Shown piece after piece: positions 34,701 through 49,260 of a stretch of 64,000 bases of DNA. This DNA is from Eledone cirrhosa. Lineage: Eukaryota. The notes beneath the pieces are model-generated. The model was not told the DNA's origin, ran no database searches, and saw only the letters and a program-made list of their open reading frames with translations. The translations under genes and the position numbers were made by a program. How positions within the stretch are numbered: position 1 is the first letter of the stretch; each line of letters starts with the position of its first letter. Location of the stretch: assembly GCA_964016885.1 (NCBI GenBank), contig OZ024742.1, forward strand, positions 174,654,001 through 174,718,000. The letters run 5' to 3'.

Positions 34701-37389
34701 GGGGAAAACTACAAATACACTATATAGTCTTAAAAGACTATTTCACGAAACTTTTCAGTGGTGTTAGTCACGGTTGTAATCGATCTTCAGTAGTGCTCAA
34801 CACATTAACCAAATCACCACTGCTTAAATGCCGAAGGGGAATTAAAAGCAGGCAAGCGACAGCATGTAGAAATGAAATAACAAAACACACAGGCTTTCAC
34901 ACAGATTTTGACTCTCAAATTTTACACACAAGTCTATAGAATACATTTATTCAGCATGTGACTGAACCTGAAACCATATTGTTACAAAGTCAACTCCTTA
35001 CCTACACAGCCATATCTGCACGTGTGTGTGTGTTTATATATAACACATACAAATGCATACTAAAGATTTATACCCAGTCTCTGTTTAACAAACTTCACTA
35101 ACAAAGCATTGGTAAACCTGAAGCTACATTAAAAGGCATAAAATATAAATCATGGCCTTCTGCACATTTCCATTTTCTAAATTTCAGTTTTAATTTTTGT
35201 CATCAATATTGTTTTTATCACCTTAATAAATTCCTTTTTATGAACATACATATGCAAGCTCATATGTGTATATGAGGACCATATATGTCACATTAAAATT
35301 TATTCATATAATGGAAAAATTAAAATGAGTGTGAATAGAAATTTACAATATAGATATTGGCTACTTTTAATTTTTAGAATTATTTATATTTATTACTAGC
35401 TCAATTTTTAATTGCTGCAAGTGTCATTTTGTATATTGAATTATTATTGCTAATGTGGAAGGGTTTGTATTTTTGAGCAATATATTCTAGTTTTCTCTGT
35501 TGTAAAATAAATGTCAAATACAATATAGAATTGTTGGAGACAAATGAGTGCCTTTTAAGTACAGATAATATCTAAAATACTGAAATATTGGCAAGTATGC
35601 TTAAGGCAATAAAAGACAATATGTATTTACCATATAGATTTATAATTTTTATGTTTTGTTATAGACATATCACTGCAACTCTTTTGCTATTGACGTGTGT
35701 AAAGTGTTCAAATTGTATATATTTAATAAAGATTGAAAATTAAATTAAAAGCAATATCTGAAGCTGATTTTACTTATATTTAAAGGCAAAACACACTTAT
35801 TGTTTCATGTGTTCTTCTTGAACGAAATACTTTTATATGGATATAATTGAGCTAAGAATCGTTCTTTAGTTTATATTCTTTTATTCTTTTACCAATTTTA
35901 GTCATTATACTGTAGCTATGCTGGGACACTACCTTTGAAGGACTTAGTCAATCATATTGACTAGTATTTATTCCTTCAAGTCCTTTTAAATTTCTTTGGT
36001 CAAATCACTAAGTTATCCAGTATAAGGACAAAAACCAATCATCAAATTGGAGTATGGAAACTATATATTGGTTGCCTTTCTATTCCTGATATTATTTGAG
36101 GGTTGCAACGTGTGGCATAAGAAGCAGGGTTTGAACTCAGAATGCACAGAAACAAATTAGATATTGTAAGGCACCCATTCCCACTCTTTAACAATTCTCC
36201 CAATTCACCATGCTTTTGTACTGGTACTTTATTTATTAACCTGTTAAAAGGATGAAAGACAAAATTGAACTTAGTGGGATTTGAACTTTGTGTTGCAAAC
36301 TGGAACAAATACTGGGACATTTAATCCAGTGTTCTAATGGCTCTGCCAATTTCATGCAAATGCAGACATGGGCACAAACTTTCAAATATACATATATATC
36401 AATTAGCAGTAGTAGTAACAGAACATAGTTCATATAAATGCAGAAACAGCTGTCTGGCATTCTCACATGCTATTAAGCTAGCGGTTATAATCACAGCTTA
36501 AAACGTTCATTGTGAAACTTTCATATTTATTATATGTAAACTTACTGTATATGTTTTCATATACAACACTATTACACATACACACACATATACACATGAC
36601 AGGCTTCCACCTCGTTTCCACCTACCAAAGTCATTGGTCAACCTGAAGCTTTAATAGAGGACACTTTCTAAAGGCTCTATGAAGTAAAACTAAACTTGAA
36701 ATTACATGTTTGTAAAGTGAATTCCTTAACCACACAGCCATGTATGTGTCTATTGATAAACAATATTATGTAATGATGCATAGATTAGACATTTCAATTC
36801 TACAAAGAGTTTTTTGAAAAATTTGGTAAATTTCAAAATCCGTACACTGACTGATGTGTAGTACAATAATAGATGAAAATAATTTTTTAAATTAAATTTT
36901 TCCACCATTTGTAACTTGAAAAAAGAAACAAAGAAACACTTTAAAATTGTTGAAGAAGGTAGTTCATCAATTTAAATTAAATTTTCATAAAGTTGTTGTG
37001 ACAACAGACAGCAATAATGTAAAAATCACTTTAATTTCTATGTCAAAATTCATTACAGAAAAAACTTTTGTAACAGTCTTTTAATTTTATTTTTGATAGT
37101 TTTCTTGACAAAAAGTTTAAATGCAATAATGTTCAGTTTTATATCAAATCAAATATTTATATGAAATTACAGGAGAATATTTATTTCACAATTAAATTAG
37201 CCATTCACCTTTTTATTTTAAATTAATAAAAGTAATAAGACAAGTATGACATTAAGCATGGTGATTTTTTTTTGATTTTTGCGTAAGAATAATTTTAAGA
37301 AATGGGTTTGTTTCAAAAATGAATGAATATATGAAAAGGTTAGAAATGATGCTCCTCTGTCTCAATCAATAATGTGAAAATATATGTTT

Positions 37390-38510
37390 TTAACCCTTTC
37401 TTCAAGATATTTTTAATGAGACACAGTCCATAATGTTAACCTTTTCCTCACCATATTTCTAATGAAAGACACTGCTCATAATGTTAACCCTTTCACTACC
37501 ATATTTCTAATGAAAGATACTGCCCATCATTTTCAAGTAATTTCTAAAATAATGAGGAAATTCATGTGATTTAGTAATATAGTTAACTTTCTTGTTATTT
37601 ATCTGGTGTTTGGAATACACCGAATCTTATTTCATAAAATTCTGATGGAAAGTTTTTAGATAACTATAAACACTTTAACACTTTTGTTACCATATTTCTG
37701 TTGAAATACATTGTTTAAAATGTCCAAGTAATTTTGAAAGTAATCAACAATTTGGCATAATTTTCCTCATTGTTCAGCTGGTGTTTGGAACATAACATAA
37801 CATAAAGTTATGATGGAACATTTTTATATAACTATAAACAAATAGATTAGTGGTGAATTGGCAGTATCGGTAGAGGGTCGGATATGCTTTCCAGCATAGT
37901 TAAGTCCCTTTATGATTTGAGTTCAATTCTCGCCGAGGTTTACTTTGCCTTTCATCCTTACGGGGTCGATACAATAAAGTACCAGTAATGTACTGGGATA
38001 ATTGCTGGCCTTGTGCCAAAAGTAGAAACAATTATAGTATCCAGAGCATTGTCAGGCAACTTGTATTAAAAGGGTCAATGAATATTTTCATTGATAAAAG
38101 CATAATCTGTCTGATATGGTGATGAGACACTTTTGAAAGTTGAAAGATATTCATTTAAAATTTTCAAAATATGCATTTATGAATATCATATTGACAAAAA
38201 GTCTGAAAACAAAATGCAGAAAATTCAGAGAGGGAAAGTTCATACTGTTGGTTGGATGTTGTTACACCTCAGCTATTTATATTTAAACTCTAAATCTGTT
38301 AACTATTTTGATAGCAAGCCCTGGTTCTGTAATATAAAACTGATAACTATAATTATATGAGAATTCTGCTTACTTTTATGTAAGAAACTTTGTTAAAATG
38401 TGTCAAAGATTAGTTTAATATTAACTAAGTTATTTTATTAAACCCTTCAAAATTATCTGAAAATCGTAGGCAGTGCCTTTCATTAGAAATATAGAGATGA
38501 AAGGGTTAAT
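37390..38510. mobile_element. Cluster of piggyBac-like MITE copies (TTAA-CCC termini), with three tandem ~46-bp terminal repeats
   Basis: TTAACC(C/T)TTT..CATATTTCT repeated at about 37390, 37436, 37483, 37675; AAAGGGT(C/T)AA ends at about 38078 and 38509. Confidence 0.55.
37849..38030 (+). mobile_element. Full-length Deu/Nin-like SINE inserted in a MITE
   Basis: Matches 3127-3310; followed by ATTAT. Confidence 0.8.
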
Positions 38511-39729
38511 GTAACATTTTACCAAAAAAGCTCCAGTTGGGATTAAAACCCACCTGATTTAAAGTAGTTTTATTTAAGTTACAATCTCCCAAAATAATTT
38601 TATTTCAAAACCATTTTTTAAAATTACGTTCCAAACATGAAATAATTACAAAAGTTTATTTTATCAAATGCTATCAAATTTTTGAATATTTTCAAAATTA
38701 ATTAAAATACACACTGTATATACTCTAATACAAGTACTACCCCTCCCCCATTTTATGTCTGACATTTTAGTATTCTGATGTTTAGAATGTTTGGAGTATA
38801 GATTTTGTTTCACAACTCCATTACGTAATGCTTTTTTACATATAATTTTAACAAGTTTCTTGAATTTTTGTTTACTTCCAGCCACCCACAGGAGTACTTT
38901 GCTAGGAGTACTTTGAAAACAAGAGATTGAAACAGAGAAATTTGTATAGGATTCATAGAGTAGAAGGGATAGATAGTAAGCGAGAGGGATAGGAGAGGCA
39001 AAGTAAGAAAAAGAGAGTGAGAAAGGAGAGAGAGAGTGAAAGTAATAAAGCACAAGTCAAAAGTAGAGTTTCAAACTTACATAAGATTGAAAAAGGTGGG
39101 AAGAACATGTATGAATGTGTGTGTGTATGTGCTTATGTGTATGAGATATTTATGTAATAAAAGTTCTTCGACTTAGAATCTGCCACATCTTGAGATGCAT
39201 GGGGCAGCCAAAGAGCATCAAAGACCAAGGTCAGTTTTATCTATCAATGCCAACATTTGAGGGGCTTTAGGTCTCTATCGATTATCTGCTGCCAATTTAT
39301 TGGACGTCCAATGACCGGATTAGCACATCACTAAATTGAGAGTCATGTGACATGCCGCAACCAGCCACATTGATGCTAGCACATGATGTTAGACATATTG
39401 TGGGTGGGTTCATTGATGGACTTTTTTGGTAAAAGGCTCAGATTATAAAAATTTGTTAGAAATATTTTCAAGGGAATACATAACACATATGACAATGAAG
39501 TAAATGTAGGAAAATTGTATTTCATTATAAATTAATTACTCTAAATATTTTAGTAACTTATTTACATAGAATTTGAAGTTACTGAAAATCTGTAAATTAT
39601 TGACCTCGAATATAATCCATTTTACCATCGATTGTTTTGTTGTTGTTTTTTTTGTCACATATTTCTCGCCTTATACAGGAGTATATCTCAGAGATACAGT
39701 CATGAAAGGATTAAGGTATATCAAATAAT

Positions 39730-39916
39730 TGTTTCTACTTTAGGCACAAGGCCAGCAATTACCCAGTGCATAACTGGTACTTTATTTTATCGACCCCGTA
39801 AGGATGAAAGGCAAAGTTAACCTCGGCGGGATTTGAACTCAGAATGGAAAGGACCGTAACTCTATGCTGCAAAGCATGGCGTCAGACCCTCTACCGATAC
39901 TGCCAATCCACCGCCC
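39730..39916 (-). mobile_element. Full-length young Deu/Nin-like SINE with 18-bp TSD
   Basis: TSD TAAGGTATATCAAATAAT at 39712-39729 and 39917-39934. Confidence 0.9.
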
Positions 39917-40619
39917 TAAGGTATATCAAATAATGCCAGACTAATACATATAAAATCCATGGTATCAGAAAGCCATCGATGGACAGGAATATGTATTTCA
40001 TTAGGTTGATAATCTGGTAGGGCTTGTCCCTTCTCTAGGCATTGTTAGCGGTTGGCTTTTCTGTGAGAAGATTTCTCTTTTGACAGGTTTTATTTTCAAT
40101 TCGCCTAGATTTTATTTTCAATCAGCTTGTGAATTGCGTGAGAGATTGCAGTTTATTTTCCAACCACAAGACAAATTGTACTGGTTACCAGTATCAGGTA
40201 GAACTTTATGACTGAATACATTAAACAACTAAAATGAAATACATGGTAAAAATAAATTGATGACTGATATTGTTTTAACCTTGACAATTAAGGGAAACAA
40301 CAGCTGATATATAAACATACAGTTAACAATAGTTTCCTCAGCAACTCTCTTGCAAATTGAGAGCTAAGCTACCAATTAAATACAAACTGTCTTATGAATC
40401 ATCATAAATATGGTAAAGTTGCTGTGTTGAATTGGAAACAAAGATAAACACCCCAACACACCAAAACAAAATATCCAAACATCTATTTCATCAACTGCAG
40501 ATATTCTTTAACTATTCCTTTTTCTAGTTTGTCATTAGATTACGGCCAGGCTGAAGCACTGCTTTGCTTTAATATTTATGAAATTATTCAACAAAGAACA
40601 AATTCATTGAAACTTACTG

Positions 40620-40902
40620 AATAATTTATAATGGAATCATTAACCCATTCTATACCAAGCCACCCGATACCACCCCTGGCTCTGTGATACATACAACATT
40701 GCTTATTTTCAAATGTTTATATTTATCTCAAAATCTTTCAATATAGTTAGGCATTTGCTATGTTATATTCTAAACACCAGTTTAATAATTAGGAAGTTAG
40801 TTATATTAGTAAATCTCTCCAAATTCCTGATTATACTCAAAATAATATAATAAATGTTATGCAGTCTTTGTTTTATTAGAAATATGATAGCAAAAGGGTA
40901 AA
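40620..40902. mobile_element. piggyBac-like MITE
   Basis: TTAACCCATTC... ...AAAAGGGTAAA termini; interior related to the 37.4-38.5 kb and 52.4-52.7 kb copies. Confidence 0.55.
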
Positions 40903-41314
40903 ACATGTTTACCTTTTGGTGTAGTGCATGGTAATTAAAAATAAAATATACATTTTTGATTGCTAATGAATTGCAAAGATTAGAATTAAAATGTTATTAA
41001 ACATTTCTGAAACAGAAGGAATCCTTTGCAACATTATTTTCTGTATTTGTTGAAGTAAAAATGATAATAATCCTCTGTCAATATTATTATCCTTTTACTG
41101 TGTATTGAATATTATTGTGGATTTTTTAATGTGCCAAACATCAAATATGCCTTCTCCCATTTAGCTGTTAATTATAATGTGAATGTCATCTCAGAATTAT
41201 TAACAGATCAGTTGATGTAATTGCCCAAAATATTAGGTAAACAGTTCCAAAAATCAAGCATATGGTGATACAACATTGATACTAATACAACTGTTGCTAC
41301 TATTATTAATAATG

Positions 41315-41810
41315 GTTTCTAATTTAGGCACAAGGCCAACAATGTTTGGGGAAAGGATTATGACAGTTATAGCGACCGGTATTTGACTGTTATTTTATTT
41401 TATTGACCCTAGAAGGATGAAAGACTAAGCTGTACTTAAGATCTAAATTGAAAATGTAATGAGCCATAATTAAATATTGCAAAGCATTTTGTCTGTAAGT
41501 CTAATGATTCTTCCACTCCATCAATACTGCTACTAATAATGATCATTGTCTTTTAACATCTATTTTCCTGCTAGCAAAGGAAATTAATATTATAATGTTA
41601 ACAATGATACCCATAACTCTAATAATAATTATTATCCGGATTTGTTTTATTTTGGGACAAGGCCAGCATTGGTTTTTACTTTTTCTTTTTTTTTAGATGG
41701 GTAAGTTGATTATAGTAACCTGAGTAAATGATTGGAAACTTATTTTTATGACACTGGAAAGATGAATGACACAGTTGATCTTGGTGAAATTTGAACTCAG
41801 AATGTAAAGA
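41315..41810 (-). mobile_element. Two old Deu/Nin-like SINE copies
   Basis: GTTTCTAATTTAGGCACAAGGCCA, GGATGAAAG, TTTGAACTCAGAATG motifs next to (AAT)n. Confidence 0.6.
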
Positions 41811-44800
41811 GTACTGCAATAATGAATTACTGTAGCAATTATATTATAAAATTACATTAGCTTTTACAGTAATATACACAAAGTTCTTGTTATTATTGGC
41901 ATCTTGTTGAAGTATGAGGCAATACTCAGGTGAATGCTTGACTGCTCCTTCATTGCAGTCCCATTATCACCCATTATACTGCTGTATTTTGGGAGGCTGT
42001 CTAAATATATGAGAGGGAAATACTGTTATTCCCATTGTATTATTGGGGCAGTAAGTATACCATTTTGACTCACATATTTTGTCATTGCTCAATTACTTTT
42101 GTAAATAATATAATTTTGTAAATTAAACCTTAGCATCTGGTAATGATTTATAAGAAAGTATCATAAAACATGGGTTCATTAGTAACTCAAATGTTCATAA
42201 TATATTTTCTGTATGTGTAGACAGATTGTTGCAAGCATTTGAAGTATTTGTGGGCTTTAATTCTTAATGTGGTAAAGTCAGTGTTGTTTTATACTTTGCA
42301 ATAATGTCTTGTTAATGTGGTACAGGAGTTTAAAAGTTTTCTCCAAAGAATACAAAAATCATGTATGACACAAGTTTGATTAAATCATCCAGATGTATAA
42401 AAATATCCTTGGACAATATGGGATTAGTTTTGTGTATTATTTCAAACGTTTAAACAGTTCAGATATATTTTCAAGATTTTTGTAAGCATTGTGGTGCCAC
42501 AGTAAAATGCATTCAGTGCACACTGTAGATTGGTAGTGCTGATGCCACAATTAAATGCACTGTGTAACTTGTGTAACATATTGATATTAGGAAGGGTATC
42601 CGGCTATAAAGACTGTCAAAACGAATAGGATCTGGTCCTCTAATTTGTCTAATCTCAGGTGGTGACAACCTGCACAACTCATGCAAGCATAAAAAAAAAT
42701 ATATATATAGAACAACAAGCAAAAAAGAATAATTAATGATTATCTCAGCCTCACAAGATTCAAGGCAAACTTGTTAGTGTTGGAATCACAATGAAATGCC
42801 CCCTGTACCATCTGTAAAGTGGTAGTGTTGGTGCTATGATTAGATGCATGCAGTACATTGTAAATTGGTTGGCTAAAAATTAAATATGAGCAAATCGTGG
42901 CACTCAGACTTGTCTAGTCTCAGAAAATGAACGTAAAGTGATGATGATGATGAGGAGGATCTTTGTCAAATCATGTGCTGTTTAACTACTTTGAATTCTA
43001 GTGCCACTTAAACTGGATAAGATGTACACTTCAGGTGGCATGTGGGTAATAAAGTTACATATTTTTATATGTAACTTTATCATTATCTCTGTGAATACTT
43101 TATTTTTACAAACAGCATAAACAATATATGTATCCTTACAGTGGTTTGTTTGATATGGTGTGCAACTCATAAATTAAACAAACTCCAATATTTCAAACTA
43201 GTCTTAGAAAGAACATTTTATTTAGTAGATGTAGTATAAATAGATTTGTGTGAGAAAAGCTAAAAATAGTTAAACAAATGTATAGATTACAATTCAGAAA
43301 GAAGCAGAGAAGCATTATAAATAAAGGGAAAAAATGTTCAAATTAATTGTGAAAGGTAGTCTCTTGAGTTAAATTTTGATAATTTCTTGTTTTGTTGATA
43401 AGCATAATCATACAGTGTTCTGTTGTTTGAAAAGATAGACTTTTGAACAAAATACATTAGGGGAATTAATAATCTTTAGTATTTTAATGTAATTTATTTC
43501 ATTTTTCATCTTCTATTTTGTCATATTGAAATTATAAGTTTGAAAGAAAAAATGACATAAAAAATACATTTTTAATGAAATATTCTCAATTTTAAAATGG
43601 TTTCTTTACATCTTCTGAAAAGTTAGATTCGGTAAAAAGGAAGGAAAACTGAAATGAAATTCAGTAGACTAAGGTATTTTGGTTATATAAAAACATTGAG
43701 AAGAAAGTCCAGATTCAAAGCATGCTTTTTTATTTTACATGGAAAGAAAGCATTTTAAAATTTGTAAAGGAAAACATATTAAAAGATATGTTAAAAAGAA
43801 AATGCTTTTTGAAAGCTACATGAAAGATAGATGAAACAACAACTGTCTAGGTAAAAATATTTAAAACTTTTATATACATAAAATGATGATAGTATATGAA
43901 AGATAGAACAAAATAATCAAGAATTATCATTTGAGAAATACATTTATTAATGGAGTGACCCTTTCATTTCTATATTTCTTATGAGAAAAAATGCATATGA
44001 TTTTGAAATAATTTTCAATATAATCAAAAATCTAGAGGGATTTAATAATATACCTTTTGTATTAATGAGCTGGTGTTGAGAACATGAGTCAACAAATTTT
44101 CTTACATAAAGATGAAATGGAAGGTTTTTGTATAAATATAAAAACTTTAAAACCAATAACTTTGTATCGTAGAACCATGGTGGTTTCAGGTATACTTCTA
44201 TATAAGACTTTTGTTAAGTTAAGCTGTAAACATCAGCTCAATGAGAAAGTTAATTATATTACTAAATCTCCCAAAATTCTTAATAATGGCCAAAACTTAT
44301 TGCAAATCTGTCTTTCATTACAAATATAGTAATGAAACAGTTAAACATATGCAAGGCTTTGGAGGCAAGTTTAGTTTTTGTGCAAATAGGGGTGACATAA
44401 GCAACTGGCTTGAAAAATTCTTACAACTATAGACTGTTAACTTTTAGATAATTGTAAGTAATACTGGAGAAAAGTGTAGTGTGTTTTAAAATCTAAAAAC
44501 GAAAAAGAATTAAAATCTCATTTAGCAGTGTTACATAATATCTCATTTAAATATATTAGTCTTGCTTTGAAACAATCACTAGTAAATTGATTTACCACCA
44601 TGTAATATTCATTATATTTGACAAGTGTATATTTCTAGTCAGAGAAAATATTTAATCAGTTTTCGAATTCAGAAATATGGCTCAAATTAGATTGGAATCC
44701 ACTTACATAAAATTGCCAAAATAAATTCCAACTCAGCAAACTATATTTACAAAATAACAACAATAATAATAATAATGATAATAATAAAACAGTCATCTAT

Positions 44801-46197
44801 GTGTGCAAAAAGTATTAATAGCACATAATTATTTACCAAAATTCTGACAGGCAGATATACTAGATAGACATTGTTAGTGAATAGTAATCTTATACCATTT
44901 AGACATTTGTTTTAAATGGAAGCATGAATGAATGGTTAAGAAGTTTAATTTACAATCATGAGATTTTGTGGTCAATCCTACTGTATCATATCTTGCGAAA
45001 ATATCATTTACCATAGCATCTAATCGGCCCATGCCTTGTGAATAAATACAGGTAGATGGAAGCTCTTTGGAAGCCTGTAAGATGGACTGTATCTGTAATT
45101 GTCAAATGTTATGTTATGTTGAAATCACCCTTAGAATTATATTAAAGGTATAAGTGTCTCTGGCATGCCCAGATACTTATTCATTTCATAAGCAGGCTAT
45201 TCCATTGATCAAATAGGCAGAACATTCATCATGGAAACTGATGGAGTTCTATTCAAATTCATCAGGGATGCTCCAGTGCTAAACATCAATAAGTGGATTG
45301 CCCATATAGATTATCATCATCATTTAATGTCTGCTTTCTCTGTTAGCAAAGGCTGGATAAGGTTACATAGACCATATCACTACTGAAGCTGTGCGACTGA
45401 CCTCCCAAACAGGCCAGAAGTCTGTATCTCCATTATGTATGGCCTTACGTTCTATTGAGTGCAGAGTAGAAGTTATGTCTTTTGACACAAAGTGAATGTT
45501 CTTCCCAACCCCTTGTTTGGCAATCTTTCTATGGTTGGATACCCTTACATTATATATATATATATAATGTAAAGTATTGGGTTGGTATGAAATTCCAGAT
45601 GCAGAAAATAACAGTAAATTGTTGATTGCTATAAAAAGTATTTCAGAAAATTGGATAAAATAGCGCCAATTCATCCAATTTTCTAACCGATAATATACAG
45701 CAATAGACTGTGTTAAGTTAATTTCTGCATCTGGAACACATACATTGTCTATGAAAATATATTTAGTATATATATTCCAAAATGGTCCTGCCGAAAAGGT
45801 CCCATCCAATAACATGCAAGCATGGAAAATTTGACATAAAAACGATGATATGGCTCTCAATTGAATATATGAGAGGGATGAACACCGATACAAATATACA
45901 TGGGTTCGAATTGCAAATGAATAAAGTTAGCTAGGTTGAAATAAATACTAATTTAAACAATATGGTTTGCCTGTCTCGATTTAAAGTAATAAATCAATAA
46001 AAATAACAAACCTATATTGGGCAACTGCTGTTTGATACCCAGACAGATCTAAATCTGTTTCGCAAGAATTATTAAGTGAAAGCCACCATTCCTGTGCTCT
46101 TCTGTGGGTATCCAGGAAATTTGTATCTTTCACTTCAAAAGATCTAACAAAACTGAACTATGTGTTGATATAAAACTCAATCTATGATATATTTATA

Positions 46198-46384
46198 TAA
46201 TATGGAAAACAAAGTATCAGTGATGCATCGGAACATAATTTATTATGTATTACAATAGTTTCTCCAGCAAACAGCTTGAGGTGCAATCTGTTTGTGGATC
46301 GAACCTGCCTCTGGATTCGCAAGTATTAGTAATATGTAATAAATTGTGTTCCGATGCATCACTGGTCCTTCATTTTCCATATTA
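46198..46384. repeat. 56-bp imperfect inverted repeat with 75-bp spacer
   Basis: TAATATGGAAAA..CAGTGATGCATCGGAACA.AATTTATTA..TATTAC (46198-46253) and its reverse complement (46329-46384). Confidence 0.85.
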
Positions 46385-46455
46385 ACATACTCTGCTCCGA
46401 AGGAGCATAGAGTACTCAACCGGCACACCGCATATGGACGCATCCTAGGAACCAT

Positions 46456-46486
<31 letters not shown>

Positions 46487-46491
<5 letters not shown>

Positions 46492-46864
46492 CTACTACAG
46501 TCAGTAGGCACCTCTAACAAAATACACCCCCGTCCCACCACCCCCACCACATCCACACCGCCCCTTTCAATGTAAAGTTATGTTGGTGCCACAACATCCA
46601 GGCCGAAACAAATGAGGTCGTGTAGGTGTCACGACAAAAAAAAACACACAGTCCACGCTGTAATGTGGCCGTGTAGGTAACATGGTAAAAACCTCCCAGT
46701 CCCACACTGTAAATGTGGTTGGTGTTAGGAAGGGCACGCAGCTGTAGAAAACCCGCCAGACAGTCCTATGCGAGCAAGACAACCACTCTTGCCTCAAGTG
46801 GGAAAACTCCCGTCCAAACCCATGCAAGCGTGGAATATGGACGTTAAACGATGATGATGATGAT
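46487..46864 (+). mobile_element. RTE LINE 3'UTR fragment inserted in (TA)n
   Basis: Matches the reverse complement of 22110-22497 and matches 62042-62421. Confidence 0.9.
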
Positions 46865-48597
46865 ATATATATAATCGTTTATATACACACATATACATAT
46901 ATATAGTTCGGTACTAGCTGTTGAAACAGCAGGAGCTCAGCCGGCAGGCTCCCAAACTTTGTGTATATATGTGTGTATGTGTATATGCACACAATGTCAG
47001 TTAATTTCTTTGATATACTCTAGATGGTGCTACTGTAGTGAAGGCATGTGGTTGAATCTTTTTGAGAATTATGTTAAGGATACACATGTTTGTGGAATCA
47101 TCAGTCACTTGCACGGAAATTTGATGATCAGGTTGTTGTTGAACAACTGGAACGTTCATCGTCGAAATTGGTGAAGGTCCATTTTAGTTTCCAGCGGAGA
47201 ACATTATTGAAAGTGATATTGTTATAGATGACATCAACGAATGGTTTTAGGTGAGATGAGGTCATGAAAAATAACTCAAGAAACTAAGCCTTATGAAAAT
47301 GACACAGAATCAAGTTTACTGGCTACTAGCCAGATAAGAAATCATCTGTCCACTAGCATTGCAAAGCTCAAAGTACATGTGGTGAGAGATCAAAACTGTA
47401 TGGAGTAGAGAGGTCTCTTTTAGCCTGCATCGGATGATGAGATTTGGTGTCAAAATAGAATTTCGTCAGTATCTCCTGTAAAATGGTGGATGCAAATATC
47501 AAGGCAACGTATGGTTAAAGAAGCCCCATTTGGTCTTGTCAAAGATTTGAGAACCTCTTTAGTGGTGGTATCATGATAAAGTGCTACCATTAAATTCTGT
47601 AAAAAAGCTGGCAAATAAATGGAGAGGAATCTTCAGTCTTCCCAAGAACATGAAAGCCTCTCTAGTGTAAGAGTCCCTATAAAATGCACAGTATACACCC
47701 TTAAAGTACTAATAATAAAATGCATGCTTCACAGTCTGTGTTAGTACTGGTGTCATGATACACTCATGTGAACTACTATAATAAAATGCACCCAGAGAAC
47801 TCCCTAACCACACAGACATTGATGTGGGGAAAAAATAGACAAGATGGTCATAGCTGGAATGCTTTTAATCAAGCTTCTACTCACTCAAAGATGACATGGT
47901 GTTAAAAATAAAGAATACAATTGTGGATTCTATTTAGTTGCTTCAGCATTTTTTTATAATGCTGCAGTTACTACTTTCTTCATATTAAGTTTCTTAACTC
48001 TTAACATCCTATAATTATTTACCTTAAATCATCTAAAAATGGCTTTGTTCATTCAAATGTTTATAGTATCGTTACTAGTGAACATTTGCAGTAAACAAAA
48101 AAACTTGAATTGAATATGATACAGTCTTGAACATTTCAAGAATATCTTAATGGTGTTTCATGTGGTTTATTAATTCAAATGTTTATGATATCTTTATTAG
48201 CAGACAGATTTTTTAAAATAATATTCAGTATTGGAGTAAAGACCTTAATTTTTAATGTGGTGCAGTACAGTCGTAATGGTGTTTTGTACTTTTGAAGAAT
48301 GTTTTGCTAATGTGGTTTCATGCGGTACAGGACACTAAGAGTTAATTTGATTAAATTCTGTTAGATTCTTCACTGGGAAAGTTCAAAGAATTTTGTTAAG
48401 TACGACATTCAGTAAAATTTTCAATCTTCAAAGTTGTAAGATCCTCAGAACATATGAGGTTTAGTATGGTTATGAAGAAGCAATATATCTGAAAATAGGA
48501 AAGTCAAGAAATTATTAAATAGGTATTTAGTGTTCATTTTGGTGAATGGAACAGCTTGAATGTGCAGAAATTACTTTACCAGTTTATATTTTGTGTG

Positions 48598-48645
48598 TGT
48601 GTGTGTTTGGGTGCATGTATACATACAAACATACATACATATTTG

Positions 48646-48678
<33 letters not shown>

Positions 48679-48759
48679 TACACGTATATATAAATATGTA
48701 TATATATATATATACAAATATGTATGTATGTTTGTATGTATACATGCACCCAAACACAC

Positions 48760-48808
<49 letters not shown>

Positions 48809-48847
48809 TACACGTATATATAAATATGTATATATATATATATATAT
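48598..48847. repeat. Compound microsatellite with ~50-bp inverted duplication and a direct duplication
   Basis: TGTGTGTTTGGGTGCATGTATACATACAAACATACATACATATTTGTATA and its reverse complement at about 48711-48760; AATATATATACACGTATATATAAATATG occurs twice. Confidence 0.8.
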
Positions 48848-48973
48848 GCAAAAGTTTTATATAAAATTGTTGGGTTACAACAAGTAAATATTTTATAACT
48901 GATATAAAGCACTCGACAAGTTTTGGAGTAGATATACGATATTAAACAAATGGAAACTATATTTATAAAACCA

Positions 48974-49048
48974 TATTTATTTCATTATACATATTTCGGG
49001 GATACCATATTAAAAATATGGCATGCCTTCTTCAGATAAAATACAATA
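48974..49048 (-). ncRNA. Type I hammerhead ribozyme (mirror copy, left arm)
   Basis: Exact reverse complement of 49186-49260. Confidence 0.7.
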
Positions 49049-49185
49049 TATAAACAGTTTTATAAATAATTTTGACGTACCATAAATATTGACCAACCGT
49101 TATGTAAAAACTACCAAACCAGCTTTTTACATAACGGTTGGTCAATATTTATGGTACGTCAAAATTATTTATAAAACTGTTTATA

Positions 49186-49260
49186 TATTGTATTTTATCT
49201 GAAGAAGGCATGCCATATTTTTAATATGGTATCCCCGAAATATGTATAATGAAATAAATA
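49186..49260 (+). ncRNA. Type I hammerhead ribozyme (right palindrome arm)
   Basis: CTGAAGA 49199-49205, long stem II ATGCCATATT/AATATGGTAT, GAAA 49237-49240, self-complementary stem III ATATGTAT, AUA site after 49248, stem I TATTTTAT/ATGAAATA. Confidence 0.7.

Noticed and set aside
37390-37530. CRISPR-like regularly spaced ~46-bp repeats
   Set aside because: Whole units are homologous with no unique spacers, there are no cas genes, and the context is eukaryotic; these are tandem MITE ends
47200-47660. GC-richer stretch as a possible exon or transposase remnant
   Set aside because: No ORF of 60 aa or more in the track and no recognisable motif
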